Part shown: positions 30,240 to 39,215 of the stretch, piece after piece
Position numbering within the stretch: the stretch's first letter is position 1
Layout of the letters: each line of letters starts with the position of its first letter
Source: Dehalococcoidia bacterium
Lineage (GTDB): Bacteria > Chloroflexota > Dehalococcoidia > Bin125
Length of the DNA: 64,000 nt
Assembly (NCBI GenBank): GCA_963555985.3
Contig: OY820591.1
Span: 1,568,001 to 1,632,000, forward strand
Direction of reading: 5' to 3'
The notes under the pieces: model-generated
Databases searched by the model: none
What the model was told of the DNA's origin: nothing
What the model saw: only the letters and a program-made list of their open reading frames with translations
Position numbers and translations under genes: made by a program

Positions 30240-30944
30240 ATGGGGGAACCGATCATCGTCGCCAGCGACGTGCATAAGACCTACGCAGCCGGAGGCCAGC
30301 CGGTGCACGCGCTGAGAGGCGTGTCTTTGTCCGTCGCGCGCGGCGAGATGGTGTCGATCATGGGACCCTCCGGCTGCGGCAAGACCACCCTGCTCAACTG
30401 CCTCTCCGGACTCGAAACGATCGAGCAAGGCGAAATCTTCGTCGAAAGCCGGAGCATCCACGATATGCCCGACAACGAGCGAACCGAGCACCGGGCGCGA
30501 CGGATGGGCTTCGTATTCCAGTTCTACAACCTGCTGCCCGTGCTCTCGTCGGTCGAGAACGTGGAACTGCCCCTGCTCCTCAGCGGCGTCGGACAGCGTG
30601 AATCCCGGGAGCGCGCGATGGCGGCGCTGGAAAACGTCGGCCTCGCCGATTGGGCCGGTCACCGGCCCGCCCAACTCTCCGGCGGTCAGCGACAGCGCGT
30701 CACCATCGCCCGTGCCCTGGTCAACGACCCGGCCATCGTCTGGGGCGACGAACCGACCGGCGACCTCGACTCGACCAACGCCAATCAGATCATGGAGCTG
30801 CTTGAAGATCTGAATCAGCGCAACCAGCAGACCTTCGTGATCGTCACTCACGACGAGAACATCGGCCGCCGCGCCAACCGCACCATCCACATGCGCGACG
30901 GCCTGATCGAGGGCGAGACGATTCACCGGCAACTGGGCAGCTAG
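30240..30944 (+). CDS. ABC transporter ATP-binding protein
   Basis: Motifs [17 protein letters not shown] and DEPTGDLD; start uncertain (30177-30240). Confidence 0.92.
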   Translation: MGEPIIVASDVHKTYAAGGQPVHALRGVSLSVARGEMVSIMGPSGCGKTTLLNCLSGLETIEQGEIFVESRSIHDMPDNERTEHRARRMGFVFQFYNLLPVLSSVENVELPLLLSGVGQRESRERAMAALENVGLADWAGHRPAQLSGGQRQRVTIARALVNDPAIVWGDEPTGDLDSTNANQIMELLEDLNQRNQQTFVIVTHDENIGRRANRTIHMRDGLIEGETIHRQLGS

Positions 30945-30979
30945 CGCTGGAGCCTCGGGCGCACTGAAGGAAGGACGCC

Positions 30980-33900
30980 ATGGAGGAACTGTTCGGCCTG
31001 CCCACGATCCGGCTGATGTGGATCGTCGTCGCCATCGTCGGCGTCGCCGCCGCCGTGATCGCCTTCATCTTTTTCAAGCGCCCGATCCTCGTGCGCATGG
31101 GCCTCCGCAACATCCCGCGACGACGGGCGCAGACGGTGCTCGTCACCATGGGCCTCACCCTCGCCACGATCATCGTCACGATCGCCTTCTCCACCGGCGA
31201 CTCGCTCGCGGTCAGCATTCGCAACCTGGCGCTCGACGGCCTCGAACGCATTGATCACTTCATCAGCGCCGAGGAGACCGACGCCTCGACTGAGGACGGC
31301 GGCGACGGCATTCCAAATCAGGTACTGCTCGATCTACAGGCGCACTTCGCCGACGACGAGCGGATCGACGCCATCTTCGGTTCCCGCTTCGACCTCGTGC
31401 CAATCGAACATCCCGCAGCCGGACAGGTCGAACCGCAGTTTTTCCTCGTCGGCATGGATCCGCAACTGGCCGATCAGCTTGAGGCGGTCCGCGACGAGGA
31501 CGGTGATCTGCTTCGGCTCAGCGAACTCGGCTCTAACGAGATCGTGCTCAACGAGTTGGCTGCTCGTGAGTTGGACGCCGAACCTGGAGACCAGGTGCGG
31601 CTCTACGTGCTCGGCGCTCCGCGCGCGTACACGGTCGCTGCCATCGGCCGAGACGCGGTGCTGACCGGCAATCTCGAAGCGGGCAGCGCCGGCGGTCTGC
31701 TGTCGATGGACGCCTACCAACGCCTGCTGGGGCCCGAGCTGTCGCCGCCCGACTACTGGGATTCGATCCTAGTCAGCGGCTCTGGCGGGGTTGAAGAACC
31801 GCTGGAGTTTTCGGAAGCGCTCGATGGCGACATCAGAGCAGCGTTCTCCAGATTTGAGCGTGAGAACCCTGAACTGTATCTGAGCAACGGATTGTCCCGC
31901 TTCTCAACTGAGCCGGTCAAAGCCGACAGCCTCGAAGGCGCCGAGCTGATCGCCAGCGTCTTCACCACTCTCTTCCTGTTCATGGGCTCGTTCTCGGTCG
32001 CCGCCGGCATCCTCTTGATCTTCCTCATCTTCGCCATGCTGGCCGAAGAGCGGAAACCGGAGATGGGCATCGCGCGCGCCGTAGGCATGCAGCGCAACGA
32101 TCTGATCCAGATGTTCATCTCCGAAGGCATGGTCTACAACATGGGCGCGGCCGTCGTTGGTGTGGTGCTGGGCTTGCTCTTCGCCATCGGGCTGATCGCG
32201 GCCCTCAACCAGGGCTTCGAGAGCTTCGGCTTCCAGTTCACTTGGTCCGTCACGATCAAGAGCCTCGTCATCTCGGCCGGAATCGGCGTCGTGATCACCT
32301 TCATCACCGTCGTGTTCTCCAGCTTCCGCGCAGCGCGGCTGAACATCGTCGCGGCGATTCGCGATATCCCGGAGTCGCAGTACGAGGAGACCTATCCGCT
32401 CACGCCGTGGCGGGTGCTCAGGAACGTGCTCGGCGTCTTCACCACCGCCATCGGGCTGGTGTTGCTGCTGACGACTCCGATCACCCTCATCCTCGGCGCG
32501 CCGATCGCGTTCGTCTTGAACCTGATCGGCAGCCGCTGGGCCCGACGCTTGATCCCCTGGGTACTGCTCTTCGGCTGGCGAGTCCTGCGCTGGAATCCAC
32601 AGTGGTGGATCGTTTTCATTGTCGGCGGACTGTACTTGCTCGATCTGGGTCTCAATCAAGAGAGCTTCTTCCCCTACATGACCGGCGTCTCCTTGGTCCC
32701 GCTCGGCGTCGTGATGGGACTGAACAAGCTCCGACTCGGCGGGCGGCGCATTCCTCAGCGCCTGCTCTACACCCTCGGCGCCGGCTTCGTCATGTTCCTC
32801 TGGTTTATCCCCAACGACTGGCACGAGGGCTTCTTCGACAACAACCTCAACGGTGGACCCGAACTCTTCGTCCTCGCAGGCACGATGCTCACCGCCGCCG
32901 GCACGCTGCTGTTGATCTTCAACCTCGATCTGATCGTCGGCGGCATCCGCAACGCCGTCGGCGGCATCGGACGTCTCGCGCCGGTCATTCGCACCGCCGC
33001 CGCCTATCCCGCCGCCGCCCGATACCGCACGGGGATGACGATTGCCATGATCGCCCTGATCACCTTCGCGCTGGTCAATTTCAGCACGATCAACGCCTCG
33101 TTCAGCAAGGCCTTCTCGGGTACCGACACGGCCGGCGGGTTCGAGGTGCTCGCCTTCAACACGCCGGTCAACGCAGTTAGCGACATCCGCGCCGGACTCG
33201 ATGCTGCCGGCGCGGGCGATGTCCTCGACGACATCGAGAACGCCGGACTTGTCGAGGCCGGCCCCCAGCGCGGTACGCGAGCGGTCACCGTCCTCACCGA
33301 GCGCTGGGACGCGGTCGCGGAGCGCCACATCCTCGACCGGGACGGCGACATCCGCCTCGTCGAGACCGATCCGTCCGCAGTCGAGTTGGAAGACCGCGAC
33401 GCCGTGGTGCTCGGCGGCGTCAACGACGAATTCATCGACGGCCAGGAAGTCAAACTCCAGGCCATTTCCTACCGCTACGAGGACGAACGCGCAGTCTGGT
33501 CGGCGCTGCGCAGCGGCGAACCGGTCGCGGTCGCAACCGTTGACGCCATCGACGGCGCGTTCGGCTTTGCTGGCAGTGAACTTGATCCCTGGTCGACTCC
33601 AGACTCCGTAACCGACGAGTCCACGCTCCTGCCGCGCATCGTTGTCGAGGTTGGAATCGGCGAGCGCGCGCGGCAGGTCGAAGTGATCGCGATTCTGGAG
33701 CGGGTGACCGGTGCGTTCGTCGATCTCGACGGCGAAGCCGGTGCGCTGCCGACCCTGCTCGTGCCGATGTCCGTTGCCGCGAGCGTGATCGGCGAGTCGG
33801 AGTCGACGCGACACTACATCGGAGTCAGAGACGGCGCGGACTCACTGGACGTCGCCCAGGGCATCGAGCGCGAGCTGCGCATTTACGCCGTCGACATCAA

Positions 33901-34330
33901 GGGCGAACTCGAACGCCAGCAGAGCACGCAGTCGTCGATTCTGGCGCTGTTCCAGGGCTTCATCGGCATCGGCCTAGTCGCCGGCCTGGCCGCGCTCGGT
34001 GTGATTGCGCTGCGCGCCGTCGTCGAACGACGTCAGCAGATCGGCGTCCTCCGCGCGATCGGCTTCCAAGCACGGCTGGTCGGCTTCGAGCTGCTCCTGG
34101 AAATGGGCTTCATCGCCCTCTTGGGTCTCGGTCTGGGCACGGCGCTCGCGCTCGGTCTGGCCTGGCGGCTGTTCGCCGAGGGCACCTTCGGCGAAATCTC
34201 CATGTACATCCCGCTCGGCACTGTTCTACCGATGCTGATCGGCGCATTCGCGGCGTCGCTGATCCTGACATACTTCCCGGCGAGACAAGCCGCCCGAACC
34301 ACGATTGCGGAAGCGCTGCGCTATGAGTAA
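30980..34330 (+). CDS. Large ABC transporter permease (two FtsX/MacB modules)
   Basis: Motifs EERKPEMGIARAVG and ERRQQIGVLRAIG; ends ALRYE. Confidence 0.9.
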   Translation: MEELFGLPTIRLMWIVVAIVGVAAAVIAFIFFKRPILVRMGLRNIPRRRAQTVLVTMGLTLATIIVTIAFSTGDSLAVSIRNLALDGLERIDHFISAEETDASTEDGGDGIPNQVLLDLQAHFADDERIDAIFGSRFDLVPIEHPAAGQVEPQFFLVGMDPQLADQLEAVRDEDGDLLRLSELGSNEIVLNELAARELDAEPGDQVRLYVLGAPRAYTVAAIGRDAVLTGNLEAGSAGGLLSMDAYQRLLGPELSPPDYWDSILVSGSGGVEEPLEFSEALDGDIRAAFSRFERENPELYLSNGLSRFSTEPVKADSLEGAELIASVFTTLFLFMGSFSVAAGILLIFLIFAMLAEERKPEMGIARAVGMQRNDLIQMFISEGMVYNMGAAVVGVVLGLLFAIGLIAALNQGFESFGFQFTWSVTIKSLVISAGIGVVITFITVVFSSFRAARLNIVAAIRDIPESQYEETYPLTPWRVLRNVLGVFTTAIGLVLLLTTPITLILGAPIAFVLNLIGSRWARRLIPWVLLFGWRVLRWNPQWWIVFIVGGLYLLDLGLNQESFFPYMTGVSLVPLGVVMGLNKLRLGGRRIPQRLLYTLGAGFVMFLWFIPNDWHEGFFDNNLNGGPELFVLAGTMLTAAGTLLLIFNLDLIVGGIRNAVGGIGRLAPVIRTAAAYPAAARYRTGMTIAMIALITFALVNFSTINASFSKAFSGTDTAGGFEVLAFNTPVNAVSDIRAGLDAAGAGDVLDDIENAGLVEAGPQRGTRAVTVLTERWDAVAERHILDRDGDIRLVETDPSAVELEDRDAVVLGGVNDEFIDGQEVKLQAISYRYEDERAVWSALRSGEPVAVATVDAIDGAFGFAGSELDPWSTPDSVTDESTLLPRIVVEVGIGERARQVEVIAILERVTGAFVDLDGEAGALPTLLVPMSVAASVIGESESTRHYIGVRDGADSLDVAQGIERELRIYAVDIKGELERQQSTQSSILALFQGFIGIGLVAGLAALGVIALRAVVERRQQIGVLRAIGFQARLVGFELLLEMGFIALLGLGLGTALALGLAWRLFAEGTFGEISMYIPLGTVLPMLIGAFAASLILTYFPARQAARTTIAEALRYE

Positions 34331-35162
34331 CGACCAAATCGAGCTTGAGCTGCTGAGAACGCTCGCCTTCGGCTACGACCGCGACTATCCCCTCAACGCC
34401 AAGACCGAACCGGCCGGCGAGGGTGGCGGCATGACAGTCGAGCGCTTCGAGATCACTTCGCGCTACGAGGAGCGCGTCGCCGGACTGCTGATGCAATCGA
34501 CCGACGCTGACGGCCCTCGACCGCTGATCCTCGTCGGCCACCCGGCCACGCTGGACAAGTCGAGCGACTACGTCCTCTGGCCCGCCGAGCAGTGGGTCGC
34601 CCGAGGCGCGATCTGCGCCATCATCGACCAAGCCGGCCACGGCGAACGCGCCAGACGCCCGGTCGGCATGGAGGATCTCCAGCGCTGGCCCATGCGTCGA
34701 CTCGACCAGTCCCTGCAAACGGTCGTCGACTGGATGCGCACGCTGGACTACCTCTCCGAACGCCCCGAAGTCGACGCCGACCGCGTCGGATTCGTCGGCT
34801 TCTCGATGGGCGGGGTGCGCGGCGCACCCTTTGTCGGACTCGACCAGCGCGTCAAGGCCGCCTCCTTCTGCATCTCCGGCGCCAACGCCCGCTCCAGCCG
34901 AGGCGGCAGCCCCGGCCAGCTGGCAAACCAGCTCACCGACCCCGGAACGTACGCCCCGCTGATGGCCGGACGCGCCATCCAGGTCGTCGCCGGTGAGCAC
35001 GACGACCTGATGACGCCGGAAGCCACCCAACGCTTCTACGATCAACTCTCCGAGCCGCGAGAACTGGTCTGGCTTCCTTGCGGTCACTGGGACTTCATGC
35101 CCCAGGGCATCCAACCCGTCGGCCCCTTCCTCGAGCGGCACCTAGGTTTTGGCGACGGCTAG
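34323..35162 (+). CDS. Alpha/beta hydrolase (dienelactone hydrolase-like)
   Basis: GFSMGG nucleophile elbow, GEHDDL and GH. Confidence 0.85.
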   Translation: MSNDQIELELLRTLAFGYDRDYPLNAKTEPAGEGGGMTVERFEITSRYEERVAGLLMQSTDADGPRPLILVGHPATLDKSSDYVLWPAEQWVARGAICAIIDQAGHGERARRPVGMEDLQRWPMRRLDQSLQTVVDWMRTLDYLSERPEVDADRVGFVGFSMGGVRGAPFVGLDQRVKAASFCISGANARSSRGGSPGQLANQLTDPGTYAPLMAGRAIQVVAGEHDDLMTPEATQRFYDQLSEPRELVWLPCGHWDFMPQGIQPVGPFLERHLGFGDG

Positions 35163-36403
35163 CTCAGGACGCCGGAAGCGGTGAGTTCGGCGACCTCTTC
35201 GGGCGAGTAGCCCAGCACCTCAGTTGCGACCTCGTATGTGTGCTGACCGAACAGCGGCGCGGGCGACGCGAGGTAGCCCGGCGTGTTGTGCAGCTTGACG
35301 ATCGGGCCGTCGTAGAGCGAAATGTCCGTTTCCGGGTGGTCCAGATACTCGTAGAAGCCTCGTTCGGACAGGTGCTCGTCGTGTTCGCACATGTCCTCAG
35401 CGTCGTGGACGAGCGACGCCGCGACGCCCACCGATTGCAATTGGATCGCCAATGACGCTGCATCGAACGAGGCTGTCCAAGCGGACACTGATTCGTTGAG
35501 TTCGGGTTCATTACGTCGGCGACCGCGCAACGTCGAGAATCGGTCGTCTGAGGCGAAGGCAGAGCCCTCCGCAACTGTGCAGAGTGATTCCCACTGGGCG
35601 TCGCTGCCGACGGCGATGGCGATCCAGCGTTCGCGCCCGGACGGATCGTCGGTGCAGCGATAGATGCCGTGCGGACACATCCAACTCGATTGATTGCCCT
35701 TGCGAATCTGGTTGACGCCGTTCGCCGTGTAGTCCAGCAGCGCCGGACCCATCGTCGCCGAGACCGACTCAATCTGCGCCAGCTCAATCCGCTGCCCTTG
35801 ACCGGTCCGCCGCCGGTGTCGCAGCGCAGCCAGGATGGCAACGATGGTGTGCCCCGGATTGACCGCGTAATCGGGATAGTTGGTCCCGACCCCGACCGGC
35901 CGGCGCTCCGGATCGCCGGACAGATGCGAGATGGCGGTCGTCGGCGTCAGCACTGCGCCGAAACCGAGGAAATCTCGGTGCGGACCAGTGAGACCCTGCA
36001 TCGGCTGGTAGGCGGCGATGATGTCCGGCTTGACTTCGCGCAGTTCGTCATATGTCAGTCCCCAGCGCTCGAAGATGCGCGGGGTGAGGTTGGAGAGGAA
36101 GATGTCCGACCGCTCGATCAGTCGGAGCGCCACCTCACGCGAACCCTCGGCCGACATGTTGAGCAGGAACGAGCGCTTGTCGGCGTTGAAGTTGTTGAAG
36201 TACGCGCAGACGTTGTAGCCCGACTTGCCCGGCTTCTGCGGCTGGCCCAGGCGCAGACCGTCGACGCGGGCCTCTGACTCGATCCGGATCACATCGGCGC
36301 CGAAGTCTGCGAGCGTGCGCCCGGCGATCGGCCCGGCCCCGAACCACGAGAAGTCAGCCACGCGAATGCCGTCCAGCGGTCGTGCGCCATTTGCGGATGT
36401 CAT
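35159..36403 (-). CDS. CoA-transferase family III (CaiB/BaiF)
   Basis: Motifs PLDGIRVADFS, LADFGADVIRIE, NADKRS and APLFGQHT. Confidence 0.92.
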   Translation of the reverse strand: MTSANGARPLDGIRVADFSWFGAGPIAGRTLADFGADVIRIESEARVDGLRLGQPQKPGKSGYNVCAYFNNFNADKRSFLLNMSAEGSREVALRLIERSDIFLSNLTPRIFERWGLTYDELREVKPDIIAAYQPMQGLTGPHRDFLGFGAVLTPTTAISHLSGDPERRPVGVGTNYPDYAVNPGHTIVAILAALRHRRRTGQGQRIELAQIESVSATMGPALLDYTANGVNQIRKGNQSSWMCPHGIYRCTDDPSGRERWIAIAVGSDAQWESLCTVAEGSAFASDDRFSTLRGRRRNEPELNESVSAWTASFDAASLAIQLQSVGVAASLVHDAEDMCEHDEHLSERGFYEYLDHPETDISLYDGPIVKLHNTPGYLASPAPLFGQHTYEVATEVLGYSPEEVAELTASGVLS

Positions 36404-37683
36404 ATCGCGCCCTCCCCGGCGAATGCGATCAGGTCCTCAGCAGGAATGCCGACCTCGCCGGCCCAGACTTCCTGGTTGTGCTCGCCGATCTGCGGGGCCG
36501 GCCAGCGAATGCCGGTCGGCGTCTCCGACAACCGATAGGGCGGACCGGGGAAGCGCAACGGCGCGTCATCGGCTCCGAGTGTGGTCGGCTGGTTGAACTC
36601 GAGCCACCACTGGCGAGCGTCGAGATGGCGGCTATCGCCCAGATCAGCCGGCGTTGCCACCTGTCCGATCAGCAGTCGGCGGGCCTGACCCTGCTCGTAG
36701 AGTTCCATCGAGGTCTTGGCGGCATAGAAGTTGGTCAGCACTTCCTGCGCCCGATTCATGATCGGCGCGAGTTGCTCCAGTTCCTCGGGGACCATCAGCA
36801 TCCGCATATTGAAGTTGCCGAAGGTGTCCACGTAGATCGGATCGGTCAGGTCTTCCGCCTGGCCTTCCTCGTCCATCCAAGCGATCAACGCGGACCAGGG
36901 CGCGCCGAATCCGGGAACGCCGACCATCGAGAAGATGTAGCCGTCTAGGGTCCGGTACGTTCCGATGCCGGGCATCCGGTGCTGCTCGCCGATCCGCTCG
37001 CGCGACGTGCCCTGGAAGTCCCATTGCAGATGAGCGGTCTCCTGGCAGATTGAAAGCGCCTCCTGCATCGAGGTTTCGACGCGCTGGCCGACGCCCGTGG
37101 CCTCGGCCTGTAACAGCGCCAGCAGCGCGCCCTGCGCCGCCGAGATGCCGGCGACGATGTAGGCCTGATTACCCGCGATCCGCATCGGCGAGCCGTCGGG
37201 GTAGCCGGCGAGCGTGGCGATCCCGGCCGCCGCCTGCGCCACGATGTCGGTCACCTCCCAGCCTGCCTTGAGACCGTCCAGACCGAACCCCGTGATCGAG
37301 ACCCAAATCAACGAAGGCCGCGCCTCCATGTATGTCTCCGGATCAATCCCAAGCTCGGCCAACTCCGACCGCTCAGCCCCCGTCCACGACTCGATCACGA
37401 TGTCCGCCGTCTCAACCAGCCTGCCGAACAGCCAGCGACCGTCGTACTGCCCTAGGTCAACAGTGACCGAGCGCTTGTTGGCGTTGAAGTACCAGAAGCG
37501 CAGCGAAGTCTCGCGCCCCGGCTGACCTTGCCAGAAGGGCGCACGCGCACGCGCCGGGTCGCCGCCGACCGGCTCCACCTTGATCACGTCCGCCCCGAGG
37601 TCGGCCAGCAGCTTGCCGCAATACCAGCCCATCTCGGAGGTGAGGTCGAGAATGCGGACGCCGTCGAGCGCTGCCTGGTTCAT
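36400..37683 (-). CDS. CoA-transferase family III (CaiB/BaiF), partner subunit
   Basis: Motifs ALDGVRILDL, LADLGADVIKVEP, NANKRS and APQIGEHN. Confidence 0.92.
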   Translation of the reverse strand: MNQAALDGVRILDLTSEMGWYCGKLLADLGADVIKVEPVGGDPARARAPFWQGQPGRETSLRFWYFNANKRSVTVDLGQYDGRWLFGRLVETADIVIESWTGAERSELAELGIDPETYMEARPSLIWVSITGFGLDGLKAGWEVTDIVAQAAAGIATLAGYPDGSPMRIAGNQAYIVAGISAAQGALLALLQAEATGVGQRVETSMQEALSICQETAHLQWDFQGTSRERIGEQHRMPGIGTYRTLDGYIFSMVGVPGFGAPWSALIAWMDEEGQAEDLTDPIYVDTFGNFNMRMLMVPEELEQLAPIMNRAQEVLTNFYAAKTSMELYEQGQARRLLIGQVATPADLGDSRHLDARQWWLEFNQPTTLGADDAPLRFPGPPYRLSETPTGIRWPAPQIGEHNQEVWAGEVGIPAEDLIAFAGEGAI

Positions 37684-37719
37684 GCGCAACAGCCTATCGT
37701 GTGTCTGAGGAGGCCGATC

Positions 37720-38076
37720 ATGGTGCTCGAAGACGTAGACAGCCAGTCGGAGGCCGCCCGCGCGGTCACGCCGATGTCGGAGATTCGGCGTCGAAAGTCG
37801 ATCACGCTTGACGAGTTTGATCGCCGCTATCCGGACCATGAGTGGACTGAAGGCCGCAAGGGGATCCTGTTGCAGGACCACCATGGCGGTCTCTGGGTGC
37901 CATTGGTCGACCCACTACACGGGCTGTACTACGAGTTCGATGATCCTGAGTTGACGCCGGAGATCGAGGAGGCGTTGGCCGAGGAGGCACGGAGGGCTCG
38001 CGAGGAGATTCTCGCTGGCGGTGGCATTGATTTTCGCGAGTTGGACGAAGACGAGTCCTTCTGGGCTGACGAGTAG
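37720..38076 (+). CDS. Putative antitoxin (acidic)
   Basis: GAGGAGG RBS; very acidic C-terminus (EALAEEARRAREEILAGGGIDFREL); directly upstream of the RelE-like toxin. Confidence 0.6.
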   Translation: MVLEDVDSQSEAARAVTPMSEIRRRKSITLDEFDRRYPDHEWTEGRKGILLQDHHGGLWVPLVDPLHGLYYEFDDPELTPEIEEALAEEARRAREEILAGGGIDFRELDEDESFWADE

Positions 38077-38082
38077 CGGTAA

Positions 38083-38346
38083 GTGCAACTCAAGGTCACC
38101 CTCAAGGAAGAAGCGAGGGCACAACTGCGTGTGTTGACTCCGGTACCGAAACGCGAAGTGCGAAGCACGCTGCGGGAGATGGAAGACGACCCGTACGGGC
38201 TGGACACGATTCCGCTGCAGCCGCCTTTAGATGGACTGTACCGAGTCCGCGTGGGCGACTACCGCATCATCTTCGAGCCTGGGCCTGGGCATCGGCAGGT
38301 CACGGTCACGCGGATCGGTCACCGCGATTGGGTGTATGAGGACTGA
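38083..38346 (+). CDS. Type II toxin, RelE/ParE family
   Basis: GLYRVRVGDYRIIF...VTRIGHRDWVY. Confidence 0.88.
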   Translation: MQLKVTLKEEARAQLRVLTPVPKREVRSTLREMEDDPYGLDTIPLQPPLDGLYRVRVGDYRIIFEPGPGHRQVTVTRIGHRDWVYED

Positions 38347-38475
38347 GGTTGTTCAGCGAAGAATTTTTTCTGGGCCTTTGGATGGGGTGCTTCGGCGACG
38401 ATCTCCTGTGTTTTACGGGGTTTTGTGCGATTTGGGATGGTCAGGATTGGTTAGGTTTGGTTGGCCCTGTTCAGT
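38345..38475 (-). repeat. Dispersed intergenic element homologous to 938..1065
   Basis: Shared sequence blocks; contains a + strand GGN-NN periodic run at 38434-38463. Confidence 0.6.
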
Positions 38476-38511
38476 CGAGTTCAGTGTCGCTGAATCGTGG
38501 TCAAGTGTTGA

Positions 38512-38535
38512 GCGCGGCGGCCGAAACCGCCGCGC
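38512..38535 (-). terminator. GC-rich hairpin closing the pentamer array (3' end of the putative RNA, or a terminator)
   Basis: Minus strand GCGCGGCGG-TTTCGG-CCGCCGCGC: a 9-bp stem with a UUCG-type loop and no long U-tract. Confidence 0.65.
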
Positions 38536-38608
38536 CCGTCCTTGCCCAACCCCGCCCTACCCTGCCGTGCCTGGCCACGCCATACCCAGCCGAGCCAAGC
38601 CTTGCCCT
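38534..38608 (-). ncRNA. Putative guide-like RNA: 15 phased NN-GGY pentamers
   Basis: AG GGC AA GGC TT GGC TC GGC TG GGT AT GGC GT GGC CA GGC AC GGC AG GGT AG GGC GG GGT TG GGC AA GGA CG GGC. It starts 7 nt after the stop codon of the RAMP-like gene. The repeat is directly visible; RNA status is inferred. Confidence 0.7.
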
Positions 38609-38615
38609 GAGATTG

Positions 38616-39215
38616 TCAGCTTATCTCATCGACCGCCAACACCTCAAACCTGCCGTAATGGCCACTCTTCTCGGGCCGCCAGTCGCCGAGTCCGATCCTG
38701 CGCGAGCCGATGTCCAGCCACGTTTCCAGTTGTTCCTGGTCGACGAGTTCATCATCGACCTCAATACGAAAGCGCGCTTCCCACTCTTCGAACATGGCGC
38801 GCGTGCGCAGGACGCGGTTGCGCTGCACGACAACTCCAGTGGTGAACTGCGCCTTCTTGCCGAGCTGCTCGACCGTCGTGCCGTAACGCTCGCGGTCGTA
38901 TTCGAACTTGGCGTCGCCGAGCACGATCAGGCCCTCGCGTACCTGCGGACCCTGCGTGAGTTTGCGAGCGGAGGTTTCGATCATAGATCGGAACGCCGTT
39001 CTCGGGATTGTCGGCGCTCCGCCCGCGTCGAGCCAAAGAGAGATTTGGCACTCGAGCTCGCGGAGTCGTTCTTCGTCGCTGGCGGTCCTGTTGGATCCCT
39101 TCTTGCGGGTGATTTCCGCCTTCTCGAGATTAGCAGGGCTGCGGGTGTCGAGTCCGGCCGCGCCGTTGTGCATGATGATCGGGCTGATGCCTCGGATGTG
39201 GATGTCGTACTCCAT
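38616..39215 (-). CDS. Stand-alone RAMP/Cas7-like RNA-binding protein (199 aa)
   Basis: AGGAAGGA RBS; N-terminal strand IHIRGISPIIMH; PTIPRTAFRSMI (compare RAMP P.IP.S.lKG.lR); C-terminal Gly-rich loop GLGDWRPEKSGHYGRFEV. Confidence 0.75.
   Translation of the reverse strand: MEYDIHIRGISPIIMHNGAAGLDTRSPANLEKAEITRKKGSNRTASDEERLRELECQISLWLDAGGAPTIPRTAFRSMIETSARKLTQGPQVREGLIVLGDAKFEYDRERYGTTVEQLGKKAQFTTGVVVQRNRVLRTRAMFEEWEARFRIEVDDELVDQEQLETWLDIGSRRIGLGDWRPEKSGHYGRFEVLAVDEIS

Noticed and set aside
31904-33814. 636-aa minus-strand ORF
   Set aside because: Antisense shadow of the ABC permease in GC-rich DNA.
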